Assembly (NCBI RefSeq): GCF_006345805.1
Contig: NC_043002.1
Location: 76,012,001 to 76,076,000, forward strand
Reading direction: 5' to 3'
Length of the DNA: 64,000 nucleotides
Origin: Octopus sinensis
Taxonomy: Eukaryota
Within the stretch, counting starts at the first letter, position 1, and each line of letters begins with the position of its first letter. The notes beneath the pieces were generated by a model. That model saw only the letters and a list, made by a program, of their open reading frames with translations. It had not been told where the DNA came from and searched no databases. This document shows positions 39,191-51,537 of the stretch, piece after piece. Made by a program: the position numbers and the translations under genes.

Positions 39191-39791
39191 TTGCATTTAG
39201 GAATGGTCATGTTGCCAGTTTAGCCAATAAAAACACACGCACTATATATTTGGTGTTAATTTGTTTTTCAGCTTCATTTACTTTTTACATTAATCTTAAT
39301 CTTATTTCGGCCAGAGTTCTTTCGTCACACTAAAAACATAAGATACACAGATAAACAAATGGAATTAAATGACTATATACATTAACAATTTTTTTTAAAT
39401 GTAGGCGTAGACACATGAACGAAATAAACAAAAACAATTTACACGAACGTGTATAAAGAGAAGATACAAATATTACAGGCACTTCCCCCCACACACACAC
39501 ACACATTAACTAAACATAGACACACATAGGGGTATACGCATGCGCAAATAAAGACACATACAATAGGAATACAAAATACAAAATGGCTGACCGTTAGTAA
39601 GGAGAGACACACAAATAAGAAAGAAGCAAAGGACCACTGATGAGGTCACAGAAGTGTGACGAAAGAACTCTGGCTGAAATAAGATTAAGATTAATGTAAA
39701 AAATAAATAACGCTGAGGCAAATTAACACTAAATATTTAGTGCGTGTGTTTTTATTGTCTAAACTGGCAACATGACCATTCCTAAATACAA
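39191..39791 (+). mobile_element. Penelope-like insertion: + strand terminal repeat with hammerhead, and an inverted partial copy upstream
   Basis: 39191-39331 is the reverse complement of 39653-39791 (~140 bp, high identity). The hammerhead is at 39634-39673. Confidence 0.75.
39634..39673 (+). ncRNA. Minimal type I hammerhead ribozyme motif (family H3), core intact
   Basis: CCA CTGATGA G GTCACA-GAAG-TGTGAC GAAA GAACTC TGG. This gives a perfect 6-bp stem II, a 2-bp stem III, a CUC triplet and a 3-bp stem I. Confidence 0.75.
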
Positions 39792-39859
39792 CATCTGTTT
39801 CACACACACGATTTCACATCAAGAATCTTTGAAAACAAATATATAAACGTATATATATG

Positions 39860-39991
<132 letters not shown>

Positions 39992-40047
39992 CGTACATAC
40001 ATACATATACATCGATCGATGTATATGTATACATTTATATATATATA

Positions 40048-40255
40048 CGGCAGTTCCTTAAATATCGTGGTTTTTCGTTCTCAGACCCCCCGCGATAAGT
40101 GAAAATCCGCGAAGCAGAAACAATACTGTATATTTTCTTGTATTATTTTTATAACTTGTATATATTTATTTTCTTATAAATGCAAAACAACACCTCAGAG
40201 GAATCGACATAAGCTTAGATGATAAACCGCGACAGGTGAACCGCGATAAGTGAAC
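40048..40255. mobile_element. pogo/Tigger-like non-autonomous DNA transposon relic
   Basis: TA followed by CGGCAGTTCCTTAAATATCGTGG, with repeated CCGCGATAAGTGAA subterminal motifs typical of Tigger-like ends. Confidence 0.5.
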
Positions 40256-40539
40256 GACGATCTCATACATACATACATGCATACATACATACATACATAC
40301 ATACATACAAACATACATACATACATACATACATACATACATACATACATACATACATACATACATACATACATACATACGTAAATACATGCATACACAT
40401 ATACATGCATGTATGTATTCACTTTCAGTATGATAGCAAACATATTGAATCCAGTTATTTTATTTTTTTTTTTTTTGTACTTGTTTCAGTCATTTGACTG
40501 CGGCCATGCTGGAGCACCGCCTTTAGAGTGGTGAAAGAG

Positions 40540-40690
40540 TACATCAGGGATCACCACCATCCCCTGCCGGAGCCTCGTGGAGCTTTTAGGTGTTTTCGCT
40601 CAATAAACACACAACGCCCGGTCTGGGAATCGAAACCGCGATCCTCCGACCGCAAGTCCGCTGCCCTAACCACTGGGCCATTGCGCCTTA
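40540..40690 (-). mobile_element. SINE family B, 5' part
   Basis: Reverse complement of GGCGCAATGGCCCAGTGGTTAGGGCAGCGGAC...GTTTCGATTCCCAGACCGGGCG. Confidence 0.8.
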
Positions 40691-41118
40691 TGTTTGCCAG
40701 TCGTCTGCAAATAAAGCTGCTGTTGCATTCTGGGTGTTTGTTTAGTATAGGATCGCCATTACACTCTAAGTGAGCAGAGCTTGTCTACTCAATCTTAAAT
40801 ATTTTATACTCTACCATCAACATTTGTCACCGGCTTACTGTACCACCTGTTTATTTATTCATGTTTGTTTCATTCTGTTCATTACTTTCAGCGAATAGTT
40901 TAATGTGTTTTATTAGGGTTTTTTTACCCTAAATATTTACCTTTTGCCTTATCATATTTTGTTCTTTACCTTTTTTTAATCACTCATTCTTTGTACTTTT
41001 CATTTATTTGTTCTTCTGTTTTTCATCTATCTCTTCTGAATCTCATAATTTATTTCCACTACGTTTGTTTTTTTTCTTCTTATTATTATATAAGTTCTCA
41101 GTATATATGTGCGTGTAC

Positions 41119-41187
<69 letters not shown>

Positions 41188-41526
41188 CTGTTTATATACA
41201 TGTACACACACACACATATATGTATGCGACGTGACTATATAGTTATGTGTATCCATATTATATACATACATATAAATATGCGTACACATACATGCACGTA
41301 TACCTATATGCCTATTTCTGTATACACATAGATACGTCATATGTATATACATATACATGCATATATGTGTGTTTGCCTTTAATACATATATATATAGGTT
41401 ATATAGGTATAGCAATATATGCATAGAAATATTATATGCATATATACATACATATATACACACACATACATATATATATACATGCAAACATGTATGGCCA
41501 TAAGTATGTATATGTCTGTGTATGTC

Positions 41527-41591
<65 letters not shown>

Positions 41592-41632
41592 CTGTGTGTG
41601 TGTGCGTGTGTGTACATGTATGTATGTATGTG

Positions 41633-41688
<56 letters not shown>

Positions 41689-41794
41689 TATTATTATTAT
41701 TATTTATTATTATTATTATTATTTATTATTATTATTGATGCATTATATTTCTCTATCAATTGTTTATCGCTTATCTTTCCTCTTCTGAAAAACT

Positions 41795-41863
<69 letters not shown>

Positions 41864-42416
41864 TAATAATAATAATAATAATAATAGCTGCAACAATAAC
41901 AATAACTATATCTCTGCATATTTTGATAGTATTTTCTCCCACCATCTGACTTCCAACTAAATATTCCCTATTACTATATAGAATGACAGATCAACAATAG
42001 CAATCCTTCAAATGAAAATCTTGAATTTATGATTTAAAAAAATATTTCTTAAACTGAGACATAGATAGTTCATCTATCTTGACTTGAAAAGAAAATAATG
42101 TAAACAGCATTAAAAAAATATCCTGCTATACTGAGGTAAAAAATGGCAGAGATTTTCATATACTTTCATTATAGGTCCACTTATATTTTTGTCTTATTTT
42201 TTCTTGTTGCTTATTTTGTTTAGGTGAATTATCTCGTTATGTGTATATATATAAGTACCATGCATGTATATGTATATATGTTTATGTGTATCCGTATGTG
42301 TCTATGTATATTTATATCCATACCTACATGTGGGTATGTGTACATATATTTATGTGTATATGTATATACACATATACGCATATATAGAGAGGTGTATGTA
42401 TGTATGAGCTGTATGT

Positions 42417-42665
42417 TGATTTCTTAACTACCCACAAGGGGCTAAACACAGAGGGGACAAACAAGGACAGACAAAGGGATTAAGGCGATTACATCGACCC
42501 CAGTACGCAACTGGTACTTAATTTATCGACCCCGGGAGGATGAAAGGCAAAGTCGACCTCGGCGGAATTTGAACTCGGAACGTAACAACAGACGAAATAC
42601 GGTTACGCATTTCGCCCGACGTGCTAACGTTTCTGCCAGCTCGGCGCCTCTGCCAGCTCGGCGCC
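42417..42665 (-). mobile_element. SINE family A, tail 1, with 17-bp TSD and a 17-bp tandem duplication of its 5' end
   Basis: TSD ATGTATGAGCTGTATGT at 42400-42416 and 42666-42682. TCTGCCAGCTCGGCGCC occurs at 42632-42648 and 42649-42665. Confidence 0.9.
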
Positions 42666-43184
42666 ATGTATGAGCTGTATGTATACATATATATGTCATC
42701 ATATCTGTCTATTAGTGTATATATATATGTGTGTATACACATACATATATATATATGTATGTATTCACATACATATGTATAAGTATATATATGTGTGTGT
42801 GAGTCTGTGTATTGACAGATAGATAGCTAAATAGATATATACGTAGATATCTATTTACATCTTGCTTTTTATCTATCCATCTATCTTCCTGTATACACAT
42901 ATATACATATATATACACATATATACACACTCACACATACGTATATATTTTGAGTGTACATGTATACACATAGACACATACACGCACACTACACACAAAC
43001 TACACGCAATTACTACTTATAAAAACGTTTCATAAAGTAATGTTCTTTATTTGCTTGGCGTTTTTTTTTTTCATTTCTATTTTCACCCTTCTTTACTTAA
43101 TGGCAGAAAATAAAAAAAAATCTTCACAATCGACTACAGAGGCTTTTAACCAGTCACACTATTCGGAAAATTTTTCTTTCTTCT

Positions 43185-43213
43185 ATTTACTATTATTATT
43201 ATTATTATTATTA

Positions 43214-43265
<52 letters not shown>

Positions 43266-43272
43266 TATCATT

Positions 43273-43313
<41 letters not shown>

Positions 43314-43335
43314 TATCATTATCATTATTATTATT

Positions 43336-43367
<32 letters not shown>

Positions 43368-43375
43368 TATTATTA

Positions 43376-43419
<44 letters not shown>

Positions 43420-43483
43420 GTTATTGTTATTATTATTATTATTATTGTTGTTATTGTTATTGTTATTATTATTATTATTATTA

Positions 43484-43527
<44 letters not shown>

Positions 43528-43623
43528 GTCATTGTTGTTATCATCATTATCATCGTCGTCTTCATCGTCATCCTTGTCTTCATCATCATCATCGTCATCG
43601 TCATCATTATCATCACCTTCATA

Positions 43624-43658
<35 letters not shown>

Positions 43659-43675
43659 ATTATTATTATTATTTC
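43185..43675. repeat. ~490-bp (ATT)n/(ATC)n/(GTT) trinucleotide tract
   Basis: Directly visible. Confidence 0.95.
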
Positions 43676-44038
43676 TATTGTGCTACTTCTGTTTTTTTTT
43701 TGTTTATTTAATAAAAGAGTTACTTCTCATCTACTGGGTAATCAATAGGAAACGTGAACAGGTAATAGCACCATTTTTCAAGTGTTATAAGCTGAATTAA
43801 ATAAAATAACATACGTACCATTATTTCTCGGAAGACGATGCTGCAATAACAATGATCAGTGTAAAGAAAAATATGAAATAAAATCAAGTTCTACGACATC
43901 GTGTGAGTATGTGTGTATTGTGTGTGTGTGTCTATACATATATGTGTGTGTATTTATGTATGTATGTGTGTACGTATGTGTATTAAGTAACAGACACATC
44001 AATCCAGCACCTCTTGCTCTTTTTACTTGCTTTATACA

Positions 44039-44129
<91 letters not shown>

Positions 44130-44800
44130 TATATGTGTGTGTGGTATATATATAAATGTATGATGTATATATACATAAGTATACTTATGTAAAAAATATG
44201 TATATAGAGCTACGCATAAGCACAAATAGACACATACACACACATGCACTTATACGTAAATGTATGCACATTCGTACGTACATAAATATAAACATAAATA
44301 CACATATGGAGGGAGATATAATTCAAGACAAAAGTACAGGTGTAAATGGATTTAAAAGCAAGCAAACACACATTTACGCACACACACACACACACTCACA
44401 TATATACACACATATATTACATATGCTTAGACAGATAGAAAATCAAACACAAATGCTCAGGCACTCATACATATAAGCACAAATACACGCATACATACAC
44501 CTACACTTAAAACATACTTTAATACCTCATGCCCTATTCTAGTAGAGAGCTGTTATTCACCGTGATATATCTATCTGGGTGTCGGTGGTTTGTCAAGTAT
44601 TTCTCAAAGGTTTTGTATAGTTGTCAGGGCTGCTAAGGGGCTAAGCATACCGTGTAAATTAGATTTATTAGTCAAGCCCATGATCACCAAAACTCAATTG
44701 CATGGTGACATTCATTAGATCTGGAGGTTGGGCTATAGATTTAGGGTAGTAGGACTGTCGCATCTCATTTCCAATTATACCGAACTTCAGACTAGATTTG

Positions 44801-45105
44801 TGGAGGCGTAATGGCCCAGTGGTTAGGGCAGCGGACTCGCAGTCGAAGGATCGCGGTTTCGATTCCCAGACCGGGCATTGTGAGTGTTTACTGAGCGAAA
44901 ACACATAGAAGCTCCACGAGGCTCCGGCAGAGGGTAGTGACGACCCCTGTTGTACTCTTTCGCCACAACTTTCTGTCACTCTCTCTTCCTGTTTCTTGAG
45001 TAACGCTGCGATGGACCGGCGTCCCGTCCAGCTGGGGTGGGGGACACATACGCCACAGAAACCGGGAAACCGGACCCATGAGCCTAACTAGGCTTGAAGA
45101 GGGCG
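44801..45105 (+). mobile_element. SINE family B, full length
   Basis: A-box TGGCCCAGTGG, B-box GGTTTCGATTCC, body and tail as in 28575-28870. Confidence 0.85.
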
Positions 45106-46193
45106 ACGTTTATCGTTTATCAGACTAGACTGCACATTATGCACAGGATAGTAAATACTGTGCTAGAATCATTCGACTAAAAACACCCTTCAAGGCGGTA
45201 CCTCTGCTTGACCGCGGTCAAATGACTGAAGCATGTGTAATGTGTGTGAGTGTGTGTTTGTGCGTATATGCGTGTATGTATGCATGTGTGTGTGCGTATG
45301 TGTGTGCGCGCGTGTGTGTGTTGTGTATGTGTGTGTGTAAATCAAGAATGGAAATTCAAAGAATCAAACAAGACTCACTGTACGCTTCCCGCCTAGTTCG
45401 TAGCTATCGAGAAGCGGTGGTTAAGTCTAGGATATAACCGCAGCGACATTTTAAATATCCAGGAATCGCAATAGTAGAGAGTATAAAAAACTAGACCAGA
45501 TGAAGGAAGTAAAAGAAGTAAAAGGAGTAAAAGAATAGTAAATTTATTCCATTTATTATAGAATGAAGCTTGCTTGTTTCGGAAACATTATTAATTACAT
45601 AAGCGATGCCACATCATCCGTAACGCAAACGTATATAAATATAGATATAAATATACACACATACAACCATTTGTATAATTGTGTTGTAACATAATGAGCA
45701 GTCTACACATCAGATCTCTTCATGGCAAGTAAATACACCAGAGACTGCAATAAAGTAGCAAATGCTTTCATTATGTAATCACAAACAATAGATTTATTCA
45801 GCAGCAGCTTTTATAAATTCTTTAATTGTCATATATGGAGTGTATTTATTAGTGTTCCCTTTTATTTGACTTACAATAAAAACAGTTTAACATTAAACTG
45901 AAGACTTACTCAATAACTTTTGTGGATATTATAATTCTGCAAGAAAAGGTGTGACAGTGACTTCGACATTCCTGGATGCTGTAGTCTACGTCGATCTGTC
46001 GATATTCTTTCACATGCGTGAATGTATGTCTGTATGGCATGGCTGCATGTGTGTGCGCATGACTATATGAATGTATGCCTGTATCTATGCATGCATAAAT
46101 ATAGGCATGGTAGTTTACATGTATATATTTATGGGGAGCTCTATTTATGAATGTATTATTTAAATAAACTTACACATTCATACATACATACAT

Positions 46194-46262
<69 letters not shown>

Positions 46263-46663
46263 GTATATGATCATATATACACATGCATAGATATATACTT
46301 ATGACTATGTGTGATTACATATGCATATGGAATAGAGGAGATACTTAACAAAGTGTCAAGTGAATTGCGCATTCATGTCAGAAAATATGCATATGCATGT
46401 ACAGAAAGTCAAGAACTCATTACATATAAGCTTATCTATAATGGCATTTCTATATGAGTATCACCACCCCAACTCCTTCTTTTTTCCTCCTTTCTCTGTA
46501 CATATGTTCATACGTATGAATATATATATGTGTGTGTGTATGTGTGTGTGTGCGTGTGCGCGAGCGTATACGTAGATGAAATTCACATGGATGTATGTTT
46601 ATATACGAATGCGTATTTTTATATGTAAAAGAATATACGTACGAATATATATGTATGTATGTA

Positions 46664-46719
<56 letters not shown>

Positions 46720-46839
46720 CTCTCTATATATATGTATATGTGTATATATATATGTATATATATATATTAAATATTATATCTATAGATATTATATATGTAT
46801 TATATATAATACATGTATATATATATATGTGTGTATATG

Positions 46840-46878
<39 letters not shown>

Positions 46879-46931
46879 GTGTATATATATATGTGCGTGT
46901 ATATGTATATACATATATATCATATATATAT

Positions 46932-46966
<35 letters not shown>

Positions 46967-47250
46967 CATTACACACACACACACATATATATATCCTTAC
47001 ACGCACACACACATACATATTTATATGTATCGATACTCTCTATATAGGTAATGTTTACGTGTGTTTCGACGACGTTAAAGATTCCGTATAAGCAAAGAAA
47101 ATCAAATGCAGATATTTGTGTGTGTGCATGTGTGCCTGCGCGCTTGTATATATCTGTGAATTTTTCTATGTCTATATCTGCTTCTATATGTATATATCTA
47201 TATATGCATATACATGCATGTGCGAGTGTATATGTCCATATAATATATAT

Positions 47251-47309
<59 letters not shown>

Positions 47310-47721
47310 CAATGTATGATTATATGTATTCATGCATATGCATACATGCATACATACACACGCCCGCGCGCACAGCGTACACACACAAACACTATTAATA
47401 AATGCTTACTTAAAAATAAAATAAAGTAATAATTTCAATTTAAGAGAGGAACAATTGACAGTAAAATATTGTACCCTTTATTCGATGTTTCGTACTTTAC
47501 TCACTCTCAAGGATCGTTGTGAAGATTACTGTGAGACAAAAACAAGAGATCAAACGACTGGATTCAATCGACGAATGTCAGGTGGAGTGCGATTGATACT
47601 ACGTTCAAATCCTGTCTAGAATAGGACATTTTTTTTTGCATCTTAAACTGTTACATCTAAAGACATAATTATATAGCAGAGGTAACTTACAGAGAGCTGT
47701 GATAGAATAATAATAATAATG

Positions 47722-47793
<72 letters not shown>

Positions 47794-47805
47794 TAAAAAA
47801 AAAAT

Positions 47806-49149
47806 AAGGAAACTGTTGACAATGCATAGAATGCACCACCCTAAGGCAGATACAGAACGACTCTATCTGCCAAGAAAAGAGGGAGGCCGTGGTCTTTTGC
47901 AACTGGCAATAACAATGAAGATTGCTACAATTGGCCTAGACACCTACCTGAAAAACTCTGAGGACTGGATGCTAAAACTTGTCTCAAAACATGAAAACAA
48001 GAAAGCATCATACTCAGTCACAAAACAGGCAAAGGAATATCTAAGTGAATTCCGAATACAACCAATTTCGGAATTAGAGATAGATATACAAGAAACAAGC
48101 ACAGAAAAAGCTAGGCGCATGAAAACCCGTGCCAAAACTGCGGCCTTAGATATTCTGAATAATAAATGGCAAGAAAAACCTCTCTATGGCAAATAGCCAA
48201 AGAGAGCGAATAATGCAGATATCGACAAAGCCCTGACCCATCAATGGCTAATGGCCTCTGGCTTAAAATCTGAAACAGAGGGGTTTATCATAGCAGCTCA
48301 AGATCAATGCCTACCAACAAGAAACTACCAGGCCAACATATTAAAGATCAGAAGCAGTCCAACGTGTCGTGTATGCAAGCAACAAAATGAAACCATTGAC
48401 CATGTGGTCTCCAAGTGCAGTCTTCTAGCGCCCACAGAGTATCTCAACAGGCACGATAGAGCTGCACAATATATTCACTGGGTAATCTGTAAAAACCTGG
48501 ATTTGCCGCATGAAAAAAACTGGTGGGAACACAAACCACCCCCAGTGCTTGAAAATGACCACATCTCACTCCTCTGGAACTTCACCATTCAAACTGACAG
48601 GAAGATAGATGCAAATAGGCCAGACATCATATTGAAAAACTTCAAACAAAGAACATGCCTCCTCATTGATATGACTGTCCCAATCGATATAAACGTATCT
48701 GTCAAGACCTACCAAAAACTGAGCAAATATAAAGATCTTGAAATAGAAATCAGCAAAATGTGGAAGCTGAAGACTAAAACAATACCTGTTGTCATAGGTG
48801 CCCTGGGAATGATAGCAAAAGGGGCTGATAGCTACCTAACTCAGATACCAGGAAACCCAAAAATGGCAGAAGTTCAAAAGATAGTGCTCATGGGAACTGC
48901 TCATATCCTACGCAAAATACTCTCTATGTAATCTCAAGGTTTAAAACAAACATAATTTTCGGTTTAAAAAAAAAAAAAAAAAAAAATTTTTTTTTTTTTA
49001 GACATTCATTAGTACAACATCCCCACCCCCCAAATATATGGCACACTAGGCATAACAACAACATGAACTTCCAACCCTGTTGTCTCTTGAGGTCTCTGGG
49101 TGAGACTTGGAGCCAACTTGTACAAATATAAAGCAAAAGTCAAACATAG
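47806..49149 (+). mobile_element. 5'-truncated R4/Dong-like LINE (family Dong-A), young copy
   Basis: One reading frame runs 47816-48931, with a single internal stop at 48194-48196. Motifs are HHPKADTERLYLPRKEGGRGL, CCHC finger CRVC...DHVVSKC, RHD, RPDII..LID and KLSKY (RLE endonuclease). (TAA)n lies on both sides. Confidence 0.92.
48251..48931 (+). pseudogene. CCHC zinc finger + restriction-like endonuclease domain of an R4/Dong LINE ORF
   Basis: 226-aa ORF in the track with CX2CX7HX4C, RHD, PD..D and KxxKY motifs. The element is 5'-truncated and lacks the RT. Confidence 0.9.
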
Positions 49150-49163
49150 AATAATAATAATAA

Positions 49164-49411
49164 TGGCCTACCAATGTATAATGGCCTACCAATGTATACT
49201 CTGGCCCACCAATGTATACTTTGCCCTAGGAGTCGGGAAGACACTCGGCAAGAAATGGAAGCAAATTTGAAAGAAGAAAAATAATAATAATAATAATAAT
49301 AATAATGACCTACCAATGTATACTCTGGTCTACCAATGTATACTATGAGTTTCTTTGCCCTAGGAGTCGGGAAGACACTCGGCAAGAAATGGAAGCAAAT
49401 TTGAAAGAAGA
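49164..49411 (+). mobile_element. Two tandem ultra-short 3'-UTR fragments (family Dong-B), each followed by (A)n/(TAA)n
   Basis: TTTGCCCTAGGAGTCGGGAAGACACTCGGCAAGAAATGGAAGCAAATTTGAAAGAAG occurs at ~49220-49277 and ~49354-49410, and resembles the 3' end of 49462-50115. Confidence 0.75.
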
Positions 49412-49428
49412 AAAAAAAAAAAAAAAAA

Positions 49429-49461
<33 letters not shown>

Positions 49462-49462
<1 letters not shown>

Positions 49463-50115
49463 GCAAGACATTACAGAGTCGGCCAGTATTTACATTGGAC
49501 AATATGTCGGCATTATAAAATCAAAACCGCTGACAAATGGTATAAACATCATCCTGAAGCTGTGACTGAGGGAGAAAATGTGTCGATTCTATGGGACTTC
49601 CCCGTGCAGACCGACAGGACTATAAAAGCTAATAAACCGGATATTATTATAAAAGATCAGACAAAAAGGATGTGTTTATTAATTGACATGAGTATTCCTG
49701 TGATCACAATATAGCGGCGAAAGAATTTGACAAGATCAGTAAATATAAAGAATTGCTAATAGAAATTGAAAAAATGTGGCATCTCAAGACGACTACAGTA
49801 CCAGTGATTGGAGGATCTCTAGGAATGATAAAAAAAGGTACTGAAACCTATTTGAAAATGATACCAGGCTTACAATCGCTACAGGAAGTGCAAAAAATCG
49901 TATTAACTGGAACGGCTCATGTACTGAGAAGAGTACTATCGCTGTGAAAATAACATCCATCCATGAATTTATTTATTTATTAATTTTTAAATACATATTT
50001 TATCTGTGAATTTGCGCGTGTAATCTGGGAATGCATACAATGCCCTTCTCTGCACTAGGTGTATGGAAAACACTCGGCGAGAAACGGAAGAAAATTTGAA
50101 GAAAGAAGGAAAAAA
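49462..50115 (+). mobile_element. 5'-truncated R4/Dong-like LINE (RLE C-terminus + 3' UTR, family Dong-B')
   Basis: RH.RVGQYLHW...ILWDFPVQTDRTIKANKPDIII...KISKYKELLIEIEKMW..., with one frameshift near 49700 and a stop at 49945-47. Flanked by (TAA)n. Confidence 0.85.
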
Positions 50116-50128
50116 TAATAATAATAAT

Positions 50129-50161
<33 letters not shown>

Positions 50162-50212
50162 AATAATATAATAATAATAATAATAATAATAACAATAATA
50201 ATAATAATAATA

Positions 50213-50268
<56 letters not shown>

Positions 50269-50342
50269 TAATAATAATAACAATAATAATAATAATAATA
50301 TAATAATAATAATAATAATATAATAATAATAATAATAATAAT

Positions 50343-50404
50343 AAGGCACACAGAGCTGCGCTCGGTAGTGTAGTGAAAGCACACTATAAAAATAAAACTA
50401 CTGA
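50343..50404 (+). mobile_element. 62-bp 3' end of family Dong-C inside (TAA)n
   Basis: AAGGCACACAGAGCTGCGCTCGGTAGTG..GTGAAAGCAC.CTATAAAAATAAAACTACTG matches 27129-27190 on the minus strand. Confidence 0.85.
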
Positions 50405-50427
50405 ATAATAATAATAATAATAATTAT

Positions 50428-50496
<69 letters not shown>

Positions 50497-50497
<1 letters not shown>

Positions 50498-51016
50498 TGC
50501 CCTAATGCAGTACCATGGCTGCTGATGTTAACTGATTTGAAGTGTTATCATGTACATTTTTTTGTCTTGTTATAAAAGGTCTACAGCAAATATTCTGCTG
50601 TCAGTTGTTTGACCCTAACCAGTTGAGCATGTCCCTTAGTGGCTGCCGATATGTGCATCTCTGGTCACAAGCAGAAGTAGTGGGGGAGCATCATAGCCGT
50701 GTGTTGAAAGGGATTCTTTGGGGTTTGGTAATTCACCTCTGGAAACATGGATGTTTCGTTCGATATCTTTGAACAACCCTTATTCAGGGACCTTTTGAGT
50801 GGGATGGGCTACTCGACCTGAAGAAAATTCTAACTGGGCCCTACGTGCAAGGTCATGTGCTGTTTATCGTGATATGAGATCACCCTGACGCACCCATATG
50901 GTTGTACTGCATGTACATAGTGTACCCTTATTAGATGGGTAGTGATGATGGGTAAATTGGGCTTTGTATATTTGTACCCCAGTGTCACTTTGATAGCACG
51001 CGCTGCTCTCTCACTC
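50497..51016 (+). mobile_element. ~520-bp non-coding element F embedded in (TAA)n
   Basis: Second copy at 60281-60815 with a near-identical 3' end (...CTCTCACTC then AATAA) and a similar 5' start. No ORF and no obvious A/B boxes. Confidence 0.75.
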
Positions 51017-51034
51017 AAAAATAAAAATAACAAT

Positions 51035-51350
51035 AATCCGTTCTATTATAGGCACAAGGCCTGAAAGTTTGGGGGAGGGGGACAGTCGATTCAACTGGTT
51101 ACTTAGTTCATCGACCCCGAAAGGATAAACGGCAAAGTCGACATCGGCGTAATTTGAACTCAGAACGTAGTGACAGACGAAATACCTATTTCATTACTAC
51201 CCACAAAGGGCTAAACACAGAGGGGACAAACAAGGACAGACACGCGGATTAAGTCGATTATATCGACCCCAGTGCGTAACTGGTCCTTAATTTATCGACC
51301 CCGAAAGGATGAAAGGCAAAGTCGACCTCGAGGGGATTTGAACTCAGAAC
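51035..51350 (-). mobile_element. Dimeric SINE family A (head lost in microsatellite)
   Basis: Two cores. The internal junction GACGAAATACC|TATTTC.TTACTACCC is the same as at 19602-19629. Confidence 0.85.
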
Positions 51351-51353
51351 GTG

Positions 51354-51391
<38 letters not shown>

Positions 51392-51456
51392 ATATTATAT
51401 ATAATATATATATTTATGTATATTATATATATACATGTATGTATATATATATATTT

Positions 51457-51490
<34 letters not shown>

Positions 51491-51537
51491 ATGTATGTAT
51501 GTATGTATGTATGTATGTATGTATGTATGTATGTATG

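Noticed and set aside
45917-46010. Minus-strand exon ending at GTAAGT
   Set aside because: Weak acceptor without a polypyrimidine tract, and an unrecognised peptide.
47700-51035. CRISPR-like repeat-spacer array
   Set aside because: The repeats are variable-length (TAA)n and the spacers are LINE 3' ends in a eukaryotic context.
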